Assembly (NCBI GenBank): GCA_015232365.1
Contig: JADFZU010000004.1
Span: forward strand, 5,371 to 69,370
Direction of reading: 5' to 3'
DNA: 64,000 bases
Origin: Magnetococcales bacterium
Lineage (GTDB): Bacteria > Pseudomonadota > Magnetococcia > Magnetococcales > JADFYX01
Position numbers and translations under genes: made by a program. Positions within the stretch are counted from its first letter, which is position 1, and each line of letters opens with the position of its first letter. The notes below the pieces were generated by a model. The model was not told the origin of the DNA and searched no databases. It was given only the letters and a program-made list of their open reading frames with translations. Below are positions 9,907 through 20,946 of this stretch, piece by piece.

Positions 9907-10143
9907 ATGGCCAACATAATATTTGGGTTGGTGGCACTTGCACTTGGTTTGTGGGGTGTTTCTGTTTGGTGGTGGTCAATAGTTGAAATTTTGCGTGGCA
10001 TAGTGCCAATTGCACTGATTCTGCTTGGGTTGGTGGCTCTAGGTGCTGGTGTTACCCGTATGCGAGAGAGGGATTTAGATGACGGTGCTGAGTTTAGTGG
10101 ATCTGTAGATCTGCAAGATGAAGCTATATCATTGGAAAAATAA
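9907..10143 (+). CDS. mamI: MamI
   Basis: Small 2-TM protein IFGLVALALGLWGVSVWWWSIVEILRG; canonical position between mamH and mamE. Confidence 0.93.
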   Translation: MANIIFGLVALALGLWGVSVWWWSIVEILRGIVPIALILLGLVALGAGVTRMRERDLDDGAEFSGSVDLQDEAISLEK

Positions 10144-10153
10144 GGTTTCATAA

Positions 10154-12286
10154 ATGTCTCAGTCCGATGCATTCTGTGGGAAGGTTTACCACAAATATCT
10201 CTATTTAGTCGGTGTAACCGCGGTTCTGGTTATGATCGGCAGTTATTGGTATGTTGAGTACTATTCTGGCCATCATCGTGGTGAGCATGGTGGTGGCAAC
10301 GTAACAGCAGCAAATAGCCGACATTCTCCAGGCAATGTTGTCGGGACGAACCGTCCTATACCTTCAGCATCCCAGCCACAGATGCAGTCTCCTGCTGTCA
10401 AGCCACAGATGCAGCCTCCAGCAGTTCTGGAACAGCAGCTTCCTGCCCAGCCGGTTGCTGCACAGTTTCCAGCAGAGGGTAATACATTTTCTTCTGTTGC
10501 ACGTGCTATGATGCCTAGTGTTGTCAATGTTAGTGCAACTACAGCTAAAAACCCGGAACCTGTTCCGCCAGAGCAAAAGCAGTCGCCTGGTTTGAAATTT
10601 GCGCAGCCGTTTAGCGGTATTGCTCAGGAGAGTATTGGTTCTGGTATTGTTATTACCAAAGATGGCTATGTGTTGACAAACTTTCATGTGATTGATAAAG
10701 CCCGGCATATCAGTGTTACAATTTTTAATGCCATGGGAACCAAACGCTACCATGCCGATGTTGTTGGTCGGGATGAGATGAAAGATCTGGCTCTTTTGAA
10801 AATATCGCCAGTTCGGGACCTTACTCCTGCTGCTCTTGGCAATAGTGAAAAAATGCAAGTTGGTGATTCGGTTATCGCTATCGGTAGCCCTTTTGGTCTT
10901 GACCAGACTGTGAGCAAAGGAATTGTCTCTGGTAAGAATAAGGTGGTCAATATTGGTGGGACAATCCATAAAGGCTTGTTACAGACCGATGCTGCTATCA
11001 ACCGTGGTAACTCTGGCGGGCCTCTAGTCGACAGAGGCGGTACGGTAATTGCCGTCAATACCGCTATATACACCACAACAAGTGCTTTTGCCGGCGTAGG
11101 TTTTGCTGTACCAATAAATAGTGCTAAGGAGTTTATGGAGGAGTTGATCCGTATTCCAAATGTCAAGCCTAAGCTTACAGGTCAGGGCGTGATGGCAGCT
11201 ATGCCGGTTGCTGCAGCTACTGCACCGCCAATCTCTGCAAATGCAGTTATGCCTCATGATGATCGGGGACCGTGTGAATCGTGTCATGAGATTCTTCCCG
11301 GCAACCAGCCGATTATGACTGTCGCCGCTAGAAATGCTCCACCAATCACAGCCGACGCTATTTTGCCCCACGGCGACCGTGGGCCATGTGAATCATGTCA
11401 TGATATACTCCCCGGTCCTCAGCCGATTAACTTTGGCCTTGGACCCCATGGTAAGATGGGGCGGGAAGCTTTGAGTAAATTTGGTTTTGCTCCCGGCGGA
11501 GCAATAGGTCTACCGGCGGCAAATGTTACAGGGGCCCCGGCAAGGATGGGGGCCAACCTCCAGCCTCTGGACCAAGCCAGTGCCAAACGTTTGAATTCAC
11601 CTGTTCCTGGCGGGGTGCTTGTCGTCTCAGTTGAGCAGGGTACAGCATTCAATATAGCCGGTTTGCAGTTGGATGATATTATATTCAAAGTTGACGGTAG
11701 GCGGATTGCGTCTATTGAGCAATTTGATACTGTGATCAATAGTTTTGAGGCTGGTGAAGAGGTCCGGGTCTCTGTAGTTCGTAATGGTGACCGACTTGAT
11801 TTAACATTGATCGTTGATGCTCCAGGGGTACAACCGGTAGCTTTGGTGCAGCCTCAGCAAAATTTTGCCGGTCCTGACACCCAACAGAACTTTCAACTCC
11901 AAAACATGCAGACTCAGCCTGCTATTCCTGGGCAGGCTGGCAATAATCCCATGCAACCAAAACGGGCTGGTGTAGTCGGCCCGGTTTTGACTGAGTTTGA
12001 GTGGATGGGAATGGAGATGAGTCCAGTTAAAGCAAAAACTGCTGCACCCAATCAACCTGGCCGCTTGCAAACTAGAAGTGCAGGGGCTTTGGTAGCCGAT
12101 GTTGATGTTGGCTCTTCAGCACAGTTGGCTGGCATCAAGCGTGGTGATGTTCTTTTGGCTATCAACGGTAAGCCGGTTGATAATGCAGGAGCTTTAGATA
12201 AGGCTATCAAAGATGTAAAAGGTCAGGCTGGAGTTTTGTTGGAAGTAGAACGTAGAGGTCAGCGGTTGTTTACAGTGTTGCAATAA
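10154..12286 (+). CDS. mamE: MamE HtrA-like serine protease with magnetochrome and PDZ domains
   Basis: Intact triad (TNFHV, DLALL, GNSGG), two PH..GPCESCH magnetochrome motifs, two PDZ domains, EFEWMGME motif. Confidence 0.96.
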   Translation: MSQSDAFCGKVYHKYLYLVGVTAVLVMIGSYWYVEYYSGHHRGEHGGGNVTAANSRHSPGNVVGTNRPIPSASQPQMQSPAVKPQMQPPAVLEQQLPAQPVAAQFPAEGNTFSSVARAMMPSVVNVSATTAKNPEPVPPEQKQSPGLKFAQPFSGIAQESIGSGIVITKDGYVLTNFHVIDKARHISVTIFNAMGTKRYHADVVGRDEMKDLALLKISPVRDLTPAALGNSEKMQVGDSVIAIGSPFGLDQTVSKGIVSGKNKVVNIGGTIHKGLLQTDAAINRGNSGGPLVDRGGTVIAVNTAIYTTTSAFAGVGFAVPINSAKEFMEELIRIPNVKPKLTGQGVMAAMPVAAATAPPISANAVMPHDDRGPCESCHEILPGNQPIMTVAARNAPPITADAILPHGDRGPCESCHDILPGPQPINFGLGPHGKMGREALSKFGFAPGGAIGLPAANVTGAPARMGANLQPLDQASAKRLNSPVPGGVLVVSVEQGTAFNIAGLQLDDIIFKVDGRRIASIEQFDTVINSFEAGEEVRVSVVRNGDRLDLTLIVDAPGVQPVALVQPQQNFAGPDTQQNFQLQNMQTQPAIPGQAGNNPMQPKRAGVVGPVLTEFEWMGMEMSPVKAKTAAPNQPGRLQTRSAGALVADVDVGSSAQLAGIKRGDVLLAINGKPVDNAGALDKAIKDVKGQAGVLLEVERRGQRLFTVLQ

Positions 12287-12375
12287 AATTTTCCATGGTT
12301 AGCTAGCTTTGGTATTTTATAGAATATCAAGCTAATTAGGCGTTTGATTAATACTTTTGATGGGGGCTTGAAAAG

Positions 12376-13224
12376 ATGGCTGAGACCAATAAAGATGATG
12401 CTGCAAAAACCACTACCAAGACAGCAGCAACAGGTCAGAGGAAATCTGCTGCAACAAAAAAGGCAACAACGACAAAGCCTGTGACTGCAAGAAAAGCCAC
12501 AGCATCAACAGCTAATAAAAAAACAAGTACTACAAAGGCTGCAACTGCCAAAGCTAGTGGCACTGATAAATGGAATGACATCCATCCAGCTTTAGCAAAA
12601 GCTACCAGTGCAAAAAAATCTGCTAAAACAGCCAAGAAGACTCCAGCAGCATCTAAGGGTGTAGCGGTTACCAAGGCAAAAGCAGCAACTAAACCAAAAG
12701 CAGCAACTAAACCAAAAGCGGCAACCAAATCTGTAACCAAGGCAAAAGCAGCGGGCAAAAAAACCACGCGTAAAATTGCTAGCACTAGCAAGACAAAGGT
12801 GTCGGCGGCATCACTGCGTGGTAGTAATGATAGTCCTACGGCGGCAGATAAATCACTCCAGCTAGCATATAAACAGGTTGAAGTCGAAAGTTTAGGTGCT
12901 GGCATTGCTGCGGTACTGGGTGATGCTGTTAATAAAGTGGTATCTGGTGGCAAAAAGGCCAAGAGTGCTGTTGGAGATGGTATTGGTAGTATCACTTCAG
13001 GCGGCAACAAAACCAATAATAAACAATCTAAAAAAAGTAACCCTTCAGTGATGGAGCAGGTAGCTGAAAAGGTTCCTAACGGAGCAAAAGCTATCATCGG
13101 TGGTGTTGGTCGTGTGGTAACTGGTGGTAAAGATATAGTTGTTGGTACTTTTGGTTGTCTTGGTGGAACAGCGGTCTGTATTGCTGATACAGTTACTGAT
13201 GCTGTAAAGGGTAAAGGCAAATAG
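12376..13224 (+). CDS. Lys/Ala/Thr-rich hypothetical protein at the mamJ position (mamE-mamK interval)
   Basis: Highly basic low-complexity N-terminus with KAATKP repeats. C-terminal VEVESLGAG and GTFGCLGGTAVC motifs are shared with 38758-40494 (both) and 40578-40955 (first only). Confidence 0.8.
   Translation: MAETNKDDAAKTTTKTAATGQRKSAATKKATTTKPVTARKATASTANKKTSTTKAATAKASGTDKWNDIHPALAKATSAKKSAKTAKKTPAASKGVAVTKAKAATKPKAATKPKAATKSVTKAKAAGKKTTRKIASTSKTKVSAASLRGSNDSPTAADKSLQLAYKQVEVESLGAGIAAVLGDAVNKVVSGGKKAKSAVGDGIGSITSGGNKTNNKQSKKSNPSVMEQVAEKVPNGAKAIIGGVGRVVTGGKDIVVGTFGCLGGTAVCIADTVTDAVKGKGK
12677..12730. repeat. 18-bp tandem repeat (~3 copies) encoding KAATKP
   Basis: CAAAAGCAGCAACTAAAC twice plus a degenerate third copy. 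Confidence 0.85.
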
Positions 13225-13303
13225 TATAGCCTTTAGTTTTTTTGCTCGAACGGAGTTTTTTTAAAAAAAGAGCAGATGCAGTAATTTTTGGTGAGGAGTA
13301 ATC

Positions 13304-14344
13304 ATGTCAATAGTTAAGCACAGTGATAAAACGCTATTTTTGGGTATTGATTTGGGCACATCCCAGACTGCTATTATGGCAAATAATGGCAATAAAGAGC
13401 TGATTCGCTCTGTGGTTGGATACCCAAAAGATATTATTGGTGTAAGGCTTCTCAATGATACCAAGGTGGTTGGTGATGAAGCTGTGGAAAAGCGCTCCTA
13501 TATGAACCTTCATTACCCTCTTGAAGATGGTGTTTTAAAAGAGTCTGGCGAGCGCGACACCCAGGCGGCAAAAGAGCTGTTGGAGTATGCTATCTCCCGG
13601 GTTGCACCAGGAGACAGGGGTCGGGTTTGTGGTATTATCGGGGTTCCTGCCAGGGCTTCGGTCACCAATAAAAGCCAGTTGCTGAAAATTGCAGATGAGT
13701 TGATGGATCTATCCATGGTGGTCTCAGAGCCGTTTATGGTTGCTTATGGTCTCAACTGTCTGACAAATACAATTATTATTGATATTGGTGCCGGTACCAT
13801 TGATATATGTGCTATGAAAGGTACTGTTCCTGCTCCTGATGATCAGGTAACACTCCTGAAAGCAGGCAACCATATTGATGATATATTGACTAGTGCAATT
13901 GCTGAATCATACCCAGAAGTGCAGATTACTCCACTGGTTGCCAAAAAAATAAAAGAGCAGTATGGGTTTGTTGGTAAGCCGGCTGCTGACGTTGTGGTTA
14001 ACCTACGCTCCGGCGGCCGACCTAAGGCGTTTGATGTAACTGAGGAGTTACGGTTTGCCTGTGAGACAATTCTACCAGATATTCTGGAAAATGTTGAGCA
14101 GTTGATTACAGTCTTTGATCCTGAAGATCAAGAAGACGCCCTGCAGCATATTATTCTTGCAGGAGGCGGTGGACAGATTGTTGGTCTGCGCCAGGCACTG
14201 CTTGATTTTTTACAAGACCATGGCGATGTAAATATTATTCGTGTGGAAGATCCTGATTATGCTGGAGCTGCCGGTGCACTAAAACTAGCTACAGAACTTC
14301 CGCCAGACTACTGGACTCAGGTCGGTGATGTGATCGGTTCGTAG
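13304..14344 (+). CDS. mamK: MamK actin-like cytoskeletal protein
   Basis: LGIDLGTSQT, VVGYPKDIIG, VVSEPFMVAYG, IDIGAGTIDIC, GALKLATELPPDYW. Confidence 0.97.
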   Translation: MSIVKHSDKTLFLGIDLGTSQTAIMANNGNKELIRSVVGYPKDIIGVRLLNDTKVVGDEAVEKRSYMNLHYPLEDGVLKESGERDTQAAKELLEYAISRVAPGDRGRVCGIIGVPARASVTNKSQLLKIADELMDLSMVVSEPFMVAYGLNCLTNTIIIDIGAGTIDICAMKGTVPAPDDQVTLLKAGNHIDDILTSAIAESYPEVQITPLVAKKIKEQYGFVGKPAADVVVNLRSGGRPKAFDVTEELRFACETILPDILENVEQLITVFDPEDQEDALQHIILAGGGGQIVGLRQALLDFLQDHGDVNIIRVEDPDYAGAAGALKLATELPPDYWTQVGDVIGS

Positions 14345-14398
14345 CTTACAGATTTAAACTTAATAATTAAGGTATAATTTTTTGAAAAGGAGAGGTGA

Positions 14399-14725
14399 AT
14401 GGTTTCCTCAGGTACAGTAAGAAGAGAGAGCGGTATTGGATCACAAATAATGGCTGCAATGAGTTATTTGGGTATTCTGGCTTTAGTGCCATTGGTTACC
14501 AATGGTCGTGATCCTTATGTTGGTTTTCATGCTCGGCAGGGTTTGGTTCTCTGGGTGTGGGAGGTGTTGGCGGTCTTTAGCCTAGCTGTTCCTGTTATTG
14601 GCCGTATTTTTTTCCAGACATCAAGCTTGATCTGTTTTGTCTTATCGGTAGCTGGCCTTTTATCTGTACTACTTGGCAGGGCCTGGAAATTGCCTATAGT
14701 AGGGAATATAGCTACAAAGCTGTAG
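14399..14725 (+). CDS. mamF: MamF-family protein
   Basis: MSYLGILALVPL..FHARQGLVLWVW..WKLPIVG; paralogue of 6878-7213; located between mamK and mamL. Confidence 0.85.
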   Translation: MVSSGTVRRESGIGSQIMAAMSYLGILALVPLVTNGRDPYVGFHARQGLVLWVWEVLAVFSLAVPVIGRIFFQTSSLICFVLSVAGLLSVLLGRAWKLPIVGNIATKL

Positions 14726-14787
14726 TTTGAATTTTGTCCCGAATATTTAATTGGAGTTTGAATCGTGAAAATTAGAGGAGATTAGGT

Positions 14788-15009
14788 GTGGTCAGGCTAG
14801 TTGTTTCCCTGATTTTCGCTATATTTTTGCTGATTTTTGCCTCCCAAAATATGCATGAGGTTGAAGTCCGTTTTGTCTTTGGCGAACCGGTGGATATGCC
14901 GATGATTTTGGCAATCGCCGGTGCGTTTGTCTGTGGTTTTGCTTTGGCAATTTTCACGATTATCGTTAGGGGCAGCGATAAAAAGGACACTGATGAATTT
15001 GACTATTAG
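14788..15009 (+). CDS. mamL: MamL
   Basis: Small 2-TM LapA-like protein, LIFASQNMHEVEVRFVFGEPV; upstream of mamM. Confidence 0.88.
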   Translation: MVRLVVSLIFAIFLLIFASQNMHEVEVRFVFGEPVDMPMILAIAGAFVCGFALAIFTIIVRGSDKKDTDEFDY

Positions 15010-15242
15010 CCAGGATATCTCATCTATGTTATCAGCTAGGAATTCTCCTGAATTATAGACATATTCTCTTAATATTTGTCCTAAAGGAACTGTTCTTGGC
15101 TGGTCGTGTCAATGAGTACAGCACTATCAAGAATAAGCACTTTGTAAAGCAAATTATTAAGCGATAGTTTCCATAGTTCATTAAATATCCTGGTTAGCAG
15201 ATCTGATTATTAACTTTAGCCGTTGGAATCCAGTTTTATATT

Positions 15243-16208
15243 ATGAGGTATTCTCAGTGCGTCGTTTGTAATGAGACAGTAGGCTGGATTGGCTTGATGG
15301 CTAACTTGGCTCTGTCTACCTTGAAGCTCTTTGTGGGAGTGATCTCTGGTTCTCACGCTCTTGTAGCTGATTCATTATACTCTGCAAAAGATGTTGTTAC
15401 CTCTCTCATAATAATAGTCGGACTGAAAATTTCCAAGCAGCCTATAGATCAAGAACACCCGTTTGGTCATGGCAAAGTTGAGTTTATTCTTGCACTGGTC
15501 GTAAGTCTTATCTTGCTAGTGCTAACCGGAATTCTATTCTATTTCTCAGCAGAGACTCTATTGGAAGGGATGCACACTGCACCCCATCTAATCGCCTTAT
15601 GGACCGCTCTTTTGTCGGTTGCAGTCAACCTTTTCATGTACAAATATACCCGCTGTGTAGCAGTGGAGATTAATAGTCCGGTTGTTGGAATTCTTTCAAC
15701 CCACCATTTTGCAGATGGTCTATCCTCTGTTGCTGTGTCTTTAGGTATTATTGGCTCACATTATTTAGGTATGCCTTGGTTGGATACAGTTGTAGCTCTT
15801 GGTGAGGCGTTGCACCTGATCTATTTGGGCAGTGAAGTTTTTTGGAATGCCTTTAAAGGTTTAATGGATGCAGCAGCCCCGAAAGAGACTGTTAATAAAA
15901 TTAGGCAGGTGGCACTTGAGTGTGTTGGAGTTGAGAGTGTTGAACTTATTCGTACCCGCCTTGTTGGTCAGGAGTTGTGGATTGACATGACTGTTGGTGT
16001 TGACCCTGAACTCTCAGTTGGTTCTGCCAAGGTTATCAGTCGCAGGGTTGAAGAGCAGTTAGCGACTAATATTTCCCATGTTGGCGATATTGGCGTCCAC
16101 TTCCTGGCTAAGCCTGGCTCTGTTCCGGAGATGGTTGAGTTGAAAGAGGAGATTCTTCAGTTATCAGGTGGTAATGAAGATGAGGAACCGGAAAGAGGTT
16201 TGGTGTAA
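15243..16208 (+). CDS. mamM: MamM CDF transporter
   Basis: N-terminal CVVC..GWIGL, ADSLYSAKD, HPFGHGKVEF; C-terminal CDF dimerisation domain. Confidence 0.95.
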   Translation: MRYSQCVVCNETVGWIGLMANLALSTLKLFVGVISGSHALVADSLYSAKDVVTSLIIIVGLKISKQPIDQEHPFGHGKVEFILALVVSLILLVLTGILFYFSAETLLEGMHTAPHLIALWTALLSVAVNLFMYKYTRCVAVEINSPVVGILSTHHFADGLSSVAVSLGIIGSHYLGMPWLDTVVALGEALHLIYLGSEVFWNAFKGLMDAAAPKETVNKIRQVALECVGVESVELIRTRLVGQELWIDMTVGVDPELSVGSAKVISRRVEEQLATNISHVGDIGVHFLAKPGSVPEMVELKEEILQLSGGNEDEEPERGLV

Positions 16209-17542
16209 TGTTAATACCGCTGTTGGCGATTCTGCTCTTTGCGACAACATTCTGGTTTATGTATGTTGGTAAATATGAGCGACGCACAGTGGCTTTGCTT
16301 GGTGGGGCGGGCTTTCTGTTATTAGGTACAGTGCTGGATTTCTATACTTTTGATATGGCTGTAGAGTCAATCTATTTTGAAACCCTAGCACTTATTTTTG
16401 GTCTTACCCTAATATCATCAACCCTGGCAAAATCTGGATACTTCCAGGTTTTGGCTGAGAGAGTGGCTCTATACTCCAGGGGGGACGGGTGGTTGATACT
16501 GGTTATTTTATCTTTGACCACATATTTTTTCTCTCTGTTTGTTAATAATCTTGCCACCATGGTGGTAATTTTACCGGTAACATTAAAGCTGTGTAAATCG
16601 GCTAAGATCAACCCGGTTCCGGTAGTGATTGCTGAGGTGATAGCTTCTAATCTTGGTGGTGCATCCACTATGATTGGTGATTTTCCCAACATGATAATCT
16701 CATCTGCTGGAGAGTTGCATTTTCTTGATTTTATTGGCGGTATGATGGTACCGACTCTTATTCTTCTAGCTGCTGCACTGCTATTTTTTCAGAGTCGCAG
16801 CCATGAAGTTTTTGTTAGGAAAACCAATAAAGGAACTGGAAAAGCTGCTTTCAGCCCTTTTTCCGGTTCTGGTTTAATTGCTGAGCAGCATGTAGATCAA
16901 ACACTGCTTCGTTTAGGCAGTATTACACTTTTTTTGACTTTGGGTGGCTTTCTGCTCGCAGAGTTTGTCAATGTACGCCCAGGGGTAGTTGCATTGTTGG
17001 CAGGGTTTGTTCTGTTGGTTTTTGCTGGCTTTAACCGCAAAGAGCTTTTTGTTGCAACCGGAAGCGGTGACATACTGTTCTTCGTAGGGCTGTTTGTTAT
17101 GGTGGGTGGTATTCAAGGGGCAGGGTTGCTTGATAGTGTCTCTTGGTTGATAAACGAGGTTAGTGGTGGCAAGCCGCTAATTGAACTTCTGGCCCTGTTG
17201 TGGATAGCCGGGATGGTGACGCCTTTTATGAATGCAGGTCCGGCAACCGCATTTTTTATTCCGGTTGCCGATGAATTGAACGGTTTTATTCCTGGTGATG
17301 CAGTTTGGTGGGCGTTATCCCTAGGGGTTTTAGCCGGTTCGTCAGCCTCTTTAACTGGAGCTACAGCAGGATCTATTGCTGCGAGCCAGATGGATGAGCA
17401 TATTAAGGAGAACCCAGAGGTGTTAAGCTATATACCTGGGGGTAGAAGTTTGGGTTTTGGTGAGTACGGTCGTTGGGGTTGGCCCATTATGGGGCTATTT
17501 TTAGGGATATCTTCTCTCTACATTGTTTTGATCAGTCCGTGA
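16208..17542 (+). CDS. mamN: MamN (ArsB/NhaD-like ion transporter)
   Basis: SLFVNNLAT, ASNLGGASTMIGDFPNMII, WWALSLG; between mamM and mamO. Confidence 0.92.
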   Translation: MLIPLLAILLFATTFWFMYVGKYERRTVALLGGAGFLLLGTVLDFYTFDMAVESIYFETLALIFGLTLISSTLAKSGYFQVLAERVALYSRGDGWLILVILSLTTYFFSLFVNNLATMVVILPVTLKLCKSAKINPVPVVIAEVIASNLGGASTMIGDFPNMIISSAGELHFLDFIGGMMVPTLILLAAALLFFQSRSHEVFVRKTNKGTGKAAFSPFSGSGLIAEQHVDQTLLRLGSITLFLTLGGFLLAEFVNVRPGVVALLAGFVLLVFAGFNRKELFVATGSGDILFFVGLFVMVGGIQGAGLLDSVSWLINEVSGGKPLIELLALLWIAGMVTPFMNAGPATAFFIPVADELNGFIPGDAVWWALSLGVLAGSSASLTGATAGSIAASQMDEHIKENPEVLSYIPGGRSLGFGEYGRWGWPIMGLFLGISSLYIVLISP

Positions 17543-17543
17543 T

Positions 17544-19505
17544 ATGGCAAATAATAAACGCAAAAAAATAAATGTACCTTTTTGTCGACAGAAATGGAAA
17601 TTTCCTTCAGTAGTGATGGTCTTGGCCATCTTGTCGACATTCGCGTGGGGGTTCCACCTGCTAAAGGATCACAAGCTTGAGCTAAAGGGAGTTAGTAAAG
17701 TCGACCTATCCAAGTCGCTAGTCTCCTCTGTTCTGCCTGTGGTGGCTGGTGGTGGTAGCCCTATGGATACAATTGTCCGAGCTTCGCTGGTCAATATTGC
17801 CGGTATTGAGGATGGAGCCAATGGCAGAACCAGGGGGTTTGTCTCTCGTGGCTCAGGTGTGCTTATAACTGCTCAAGGCCATATTGCAACCTCCAACCAT
17901 CTGCTGGACGGCCTCAAGGAGATTCTGGTTAGAGTCCAGACTCCAAACGGACCTCGTCAGTACTCTGCAAAGCTTTTAAAAGCTGTCTCTGAGCATGATC
18001 TGGCGGTACTTAAACTGGTATCAAGAGATCTTTTTCCCCACCTGATTCCTGGGGATTCCCGATCTCTTAAACCTGGGGATGCTGTCATATCCTGGGGCGA
18101 CCCTGACGGAACAAATGCAGTACGGCGTGATGGAACTGTAAACGGTCTGCCGTCACCTACTTCAGTTACTATAGCCGGACAGCCTTTGAGTGGCTTGATT
18201 CCAACCAATTCGGTTTACCACTGGACCCAGGGGGGCGGGCCGATGGTTAATAACCGTGGCCGTTTGCTTGGCATCAACTTGGCGGTTCAGGGGCAAATGG
18301 GCGAAATGATGGGGTTTGCGATTCCGGTTCATGTACTCTTCACTGATTTTCAGGATGTTGTCAACTTTCCTGTACCTTTACCAGCACCAAAAACTGCGAC
18401 TGGACAGGGGGTTGCTGGCACGCCCGTTTTTTTTCCAAACGGCAGTAATGCCCAAGCCATTCCGGTGGCAGCAACAGGGACATTATTGCCAGATCCAGAG
18501 AAAATTCTCGGTCGCTCCCGTCGACCATCAGACGATTGGTGGCATAAGGCAAAATCTATTCTTCACCTGAATCTAGGTCTCCAGCCACCACCAGTATCAA
18601 GCAGCTCTCTAGATGGTTTGATTCCACAAAAAAACAGTTCACATGTTGAAGTAACCAGGGTTCTTGGTTATCCGTTACGGACATTTCTTGGCCTGCTGTT
18701 TTTGGGATTTATATCAGGTGTGAGCGGCGGTATGATGACCATGGGTGGAGGGATCATCAAGGTTATCGGCTTGATGACCGTCTTTGAATATGGAATTTTA
18801 TTGGTCCGTCCGGTTGCCTACATAACCAACGTATTTATGTACGGTGCAGCAGCTCTGCGTTATCGTAAAAATGAGCTGTTTACCTGGGATACCGTCCGTC
18901 CTATGGTTCCCTGGGCCATGGTAGGTGTGATTTTAGGCTACTTTATCGGTAATGTGCTAAATGTTTATGTTATCAACTATCTGTTAGGCGGCTTTGCATT
19001 TATGCTTGGCTTGAAGATGTTGGTAGAGCTATCTGAATCTTCTGATAAACACGGTGGTCAGAGTTGGATACATTACTATTTTGGTAGTAGGGATATTGAT
19101 AGCGGACTTGCCAGGACGAAACCAGCAACAGGTTTGGTTAAGGACGGTATTCTCGGGCTGCCAATGGGGGTTATAAGCGGTATTCTTGGTATTACTGGTG
19201 GAGTTGTTGAGGTTCCTCTGCAAAGATATATTGCCCATGTTCCTCTACGCAACGCTATTGCCAATAGTGCAGTATTGGTGTTTTTTGCCTCTATTGTTGG
19301 TGCTATAGTTGCTTTGATTCACGGCGTGCAGTCCGGCAGCTTCTCTCTGGAAACACCTCTGACCATGGCTCTTATTTTAATTCCAGGAGCCTATTTTGGT
19401 GGTCAGCTCGGTGCTTGGTTGACTACTGTAGTCTCCTTGAAAATTCTCCGTTGGTTGTATGCAATTTTGATGTTTGCAGTTGCTATTAGGATGGTTTTAG
19501 CATGA
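17544..19505 (+). CDS. mamO: MamO (degenerate trypsin-like domain plus TauE transporter domain)
   Basis: GSGVLI..TSNH..HDLAV with the GNSGG motif replaced by WTQGGGP; C-terminal GGMMTMGGG and [13 protein letters not shown] TauE repeats. Confidence 0.95.
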   Translation: MANNKRKKINVPFCRQKWKFPSVVMVLAILSTFAWGFHLLKDHKLELKGVSKVDLSKSLVSSVLPVVAGGGSPMDTIVRASLVNIAGIEDGANGRTRGFVSRGSGVLITAQGHIATSNHLLDGLKEILVRVQTPNGPRQYSAKLLKAVSEHDLAVLKLVSRDLFPHLIPGDSRSLKPGDAVISWGDPDGTNAVRRDGTVNGLPSPTSVTIAGQPLSGLIPTNSVYHWTQGGGPMVNNRGRLLGINLAVQGQMGEMMGFAIPVHVLFTDFQDVVNFPVPLPAPKTATGQGVAGTPVFFPNGSNAQAIPVAATGTLLPDPEKILGRSRRPSDDWWHKAKSILHLNLGLQPPPVSSSSLDGLIPQKNSSHVEVTRVLGYPLRTFLGLLFLGFISGVSGGMMTMGGGIIKVIGLMTVFEYGILLVRPVAYITNVFMYGAAALRYRKNELFTWDTVRPMVPWAMVGVILGYFIGNVLNVYVINYLLGGFAFMLGLKMLVELSESSDKHGGQSWIHYYFGSRDIDSGLARTKPATGLVKDGILGLPMGVISGILGITGGVVEVPLQRYIAHVPLRNAIANSAVLVFFASIVGAIVALIHGVQSGSFSLETPLTMALILIPGAYFGGQLGAWLTTVVSLKILRWLYAILMFAVAIRMVLA

Positions 19506-20257
19506 GCCCCAGTGGCAATAACATAGTAGCTATAGGCTTGGTGGCAATTCTGATCTTTTTTGTCTACGGCCTTTTTTCCGGGCCTGATTTTTCGAGCCTG
19601 CCAGCCGCTTCGACGACAGTCAATAAATCAATTGCTCTGACTGGAGCTGGGGCGGTTCCTGTTGCCATGGTTGCCATAGCACCAGCAGCAACTCCAGGAG
19701 TAGCCGGTTATACGGACCCTGCTATCCAGCTCTCTGAAGGTCATTGGCAGGGAATGGAGACATTGCCGCTCTCTATGGAGCTTAAGAAAAAATTAAAATT
19801 ACCGAGAAGACTAAGAGGGTTGTTGGTTGATGAGGTGACTCTTTATGCGGCAGAGTCAGGATTGATGGCAGGAGATGTATTGGTTGCAGTTAATAGTCGG
19901 CAGGTGTTCTCTATTGAAGATCTGGTTCGGGAGACTAAGCGGATTCAAGATAGAAATTCAGCGACATTGACTGCGTATCGTCGAGAAGAGTGGAAAACTT
20001 TTACTCTAAAGGTAGCACCTGGAGACAATCTTGGTTTTGCCCAGGTGGAGACAGCTCCTATGATATTACCAGGAGCGATGCGTCCCCATCCATATCGTGG
20101 TCCATGTTCTAGTTGTCACAGGATTGCCCAGACCGGGCAGCCTATGATGCCGGACCCTGATGGGATTATTCTACCACCGCCACCAATTCGTGCTGATGCC
20201 CCTATGCCCCATCAAGATCGTGGCCCTTGTTATGTTTGCCATAAAATTATTAATTGA
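19502..20257 (+). CDS. mamP: MamP (PDZ plus two magnetochromes)
   Basis: [11 protein letters not shown] domain, [12 protein letters not shown] and [12 protein letters not shown]. Confidence 0.96.
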   Translation: MSPSGNNIVAIGLVAILIFFVYGLFSGPDFSSLPAASTTVNKSIALTGAGAVPVAMVAIAPAATPGVAGYTDPAIQLSEGHWQGMETLPLSMELKKKLKLPRRLRGLLVDEVTLYAAESGLMAGDVLVAVNSRQVFSIEDLVRETKRIQDRNSATLTAYRREEWKTFTLKVAPGDNLGFAQVETAPMILPGAMRPHPYRGPCSSCHRIAQTGQPMMPDPDGIILPPPPIRADAPMPHQDRGPCYVCHKIIN

Positions 20258-20268
20258 GGTAACTTAAA

Positions 20269-20931
20269 ATGAGTTCTGATAAGCAAAATGTGAATATCCT
20301 TGATGAGGTCAGTTTTTTCTTGCACGCCAGTCGTCAGGTTATTAAAAAAGTTACCGTTGCAGCTATTAACGGCTTCAATTCTCTCTTTTCTTTTGAAGAT
20401 GGTATGCGTAGCCATTTCTATCTTGATAAAGGTGTGCAGTACACCAAGCGAGGTCGTTATAATCAGGCGATATCTCTATTAGAGAACGTTCTTGCGGAGC
20501 ATCCGCTGCAAAAAGATGCACTGTTTCATTTAGGGTTCTGCTATCTAAAAGTTGAGGAGACTGAGCGTGGTATTGAGATGCTTGAGAAAGCCGAGGTTTC
20601 TGGCGACCACAGCTCCCAGTTATACTCCATTCTTGGTATGGCTTATCTACAGTCAAAAAATTATGAGAAAGCCATAACAATTTTGGAGAAGGCACTCATC
20701 CTTGATGAGAATAATTTCAACTTGAACTACAGATTAGGCGTAGCTCTAGATAATATTAAAGAGTATGACCGGGCGCTATTGGCGTTTGAAAAAGCCTCGT
20801 CCCTACGACCTAATGAGGCTAAAGTTTATCAATCCATGGGTTTTGTCTATGAGCAGATGGATAGGCATGATGATGCCATTATCAATTTTAAAAAGGCTGC
20901 CCATTTGGAAGATGGAAAACAGGATCTGTAA
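20269..20931 (+). CDS. mamA: MamA TPR scaffold
   Basis: TPR repeats, ENNFNLNYRLGVALDN; follows mamP. Confidence 0.95.
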   Translation: MSSDKQNVNILDEVSFFLHASRQVIKKVTVAAINGFNSLFSFEDGMRSHFYLDKGVQYTKRGRYNQAISLLENVLAEHPLQKDALFHLGFCYLKVEETERGIEMLEKAEVSGDHSSQLYSILGMAYLQSKNYEKAITILEKALILDENNFNLNYRLGVALDNIKEYDRALLAFEKASSLRPNEAKVYQSMGFVYEQMDRHDDAIINFKKAAHLEDGKQDL

Positions 20932-20946
20932 AATTAAGGTAGACTA

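Noticed and set aside
12376-13224. Calling this gene mamJ
   Set aside because: Same position, but basic composition and no recognisable MamJ sequence.
15010-15242. Hidden gene (e.g. mamR) in the mamL-mamM gap
   Set aside because: Only very short ORFs and weak hairpins are visible.
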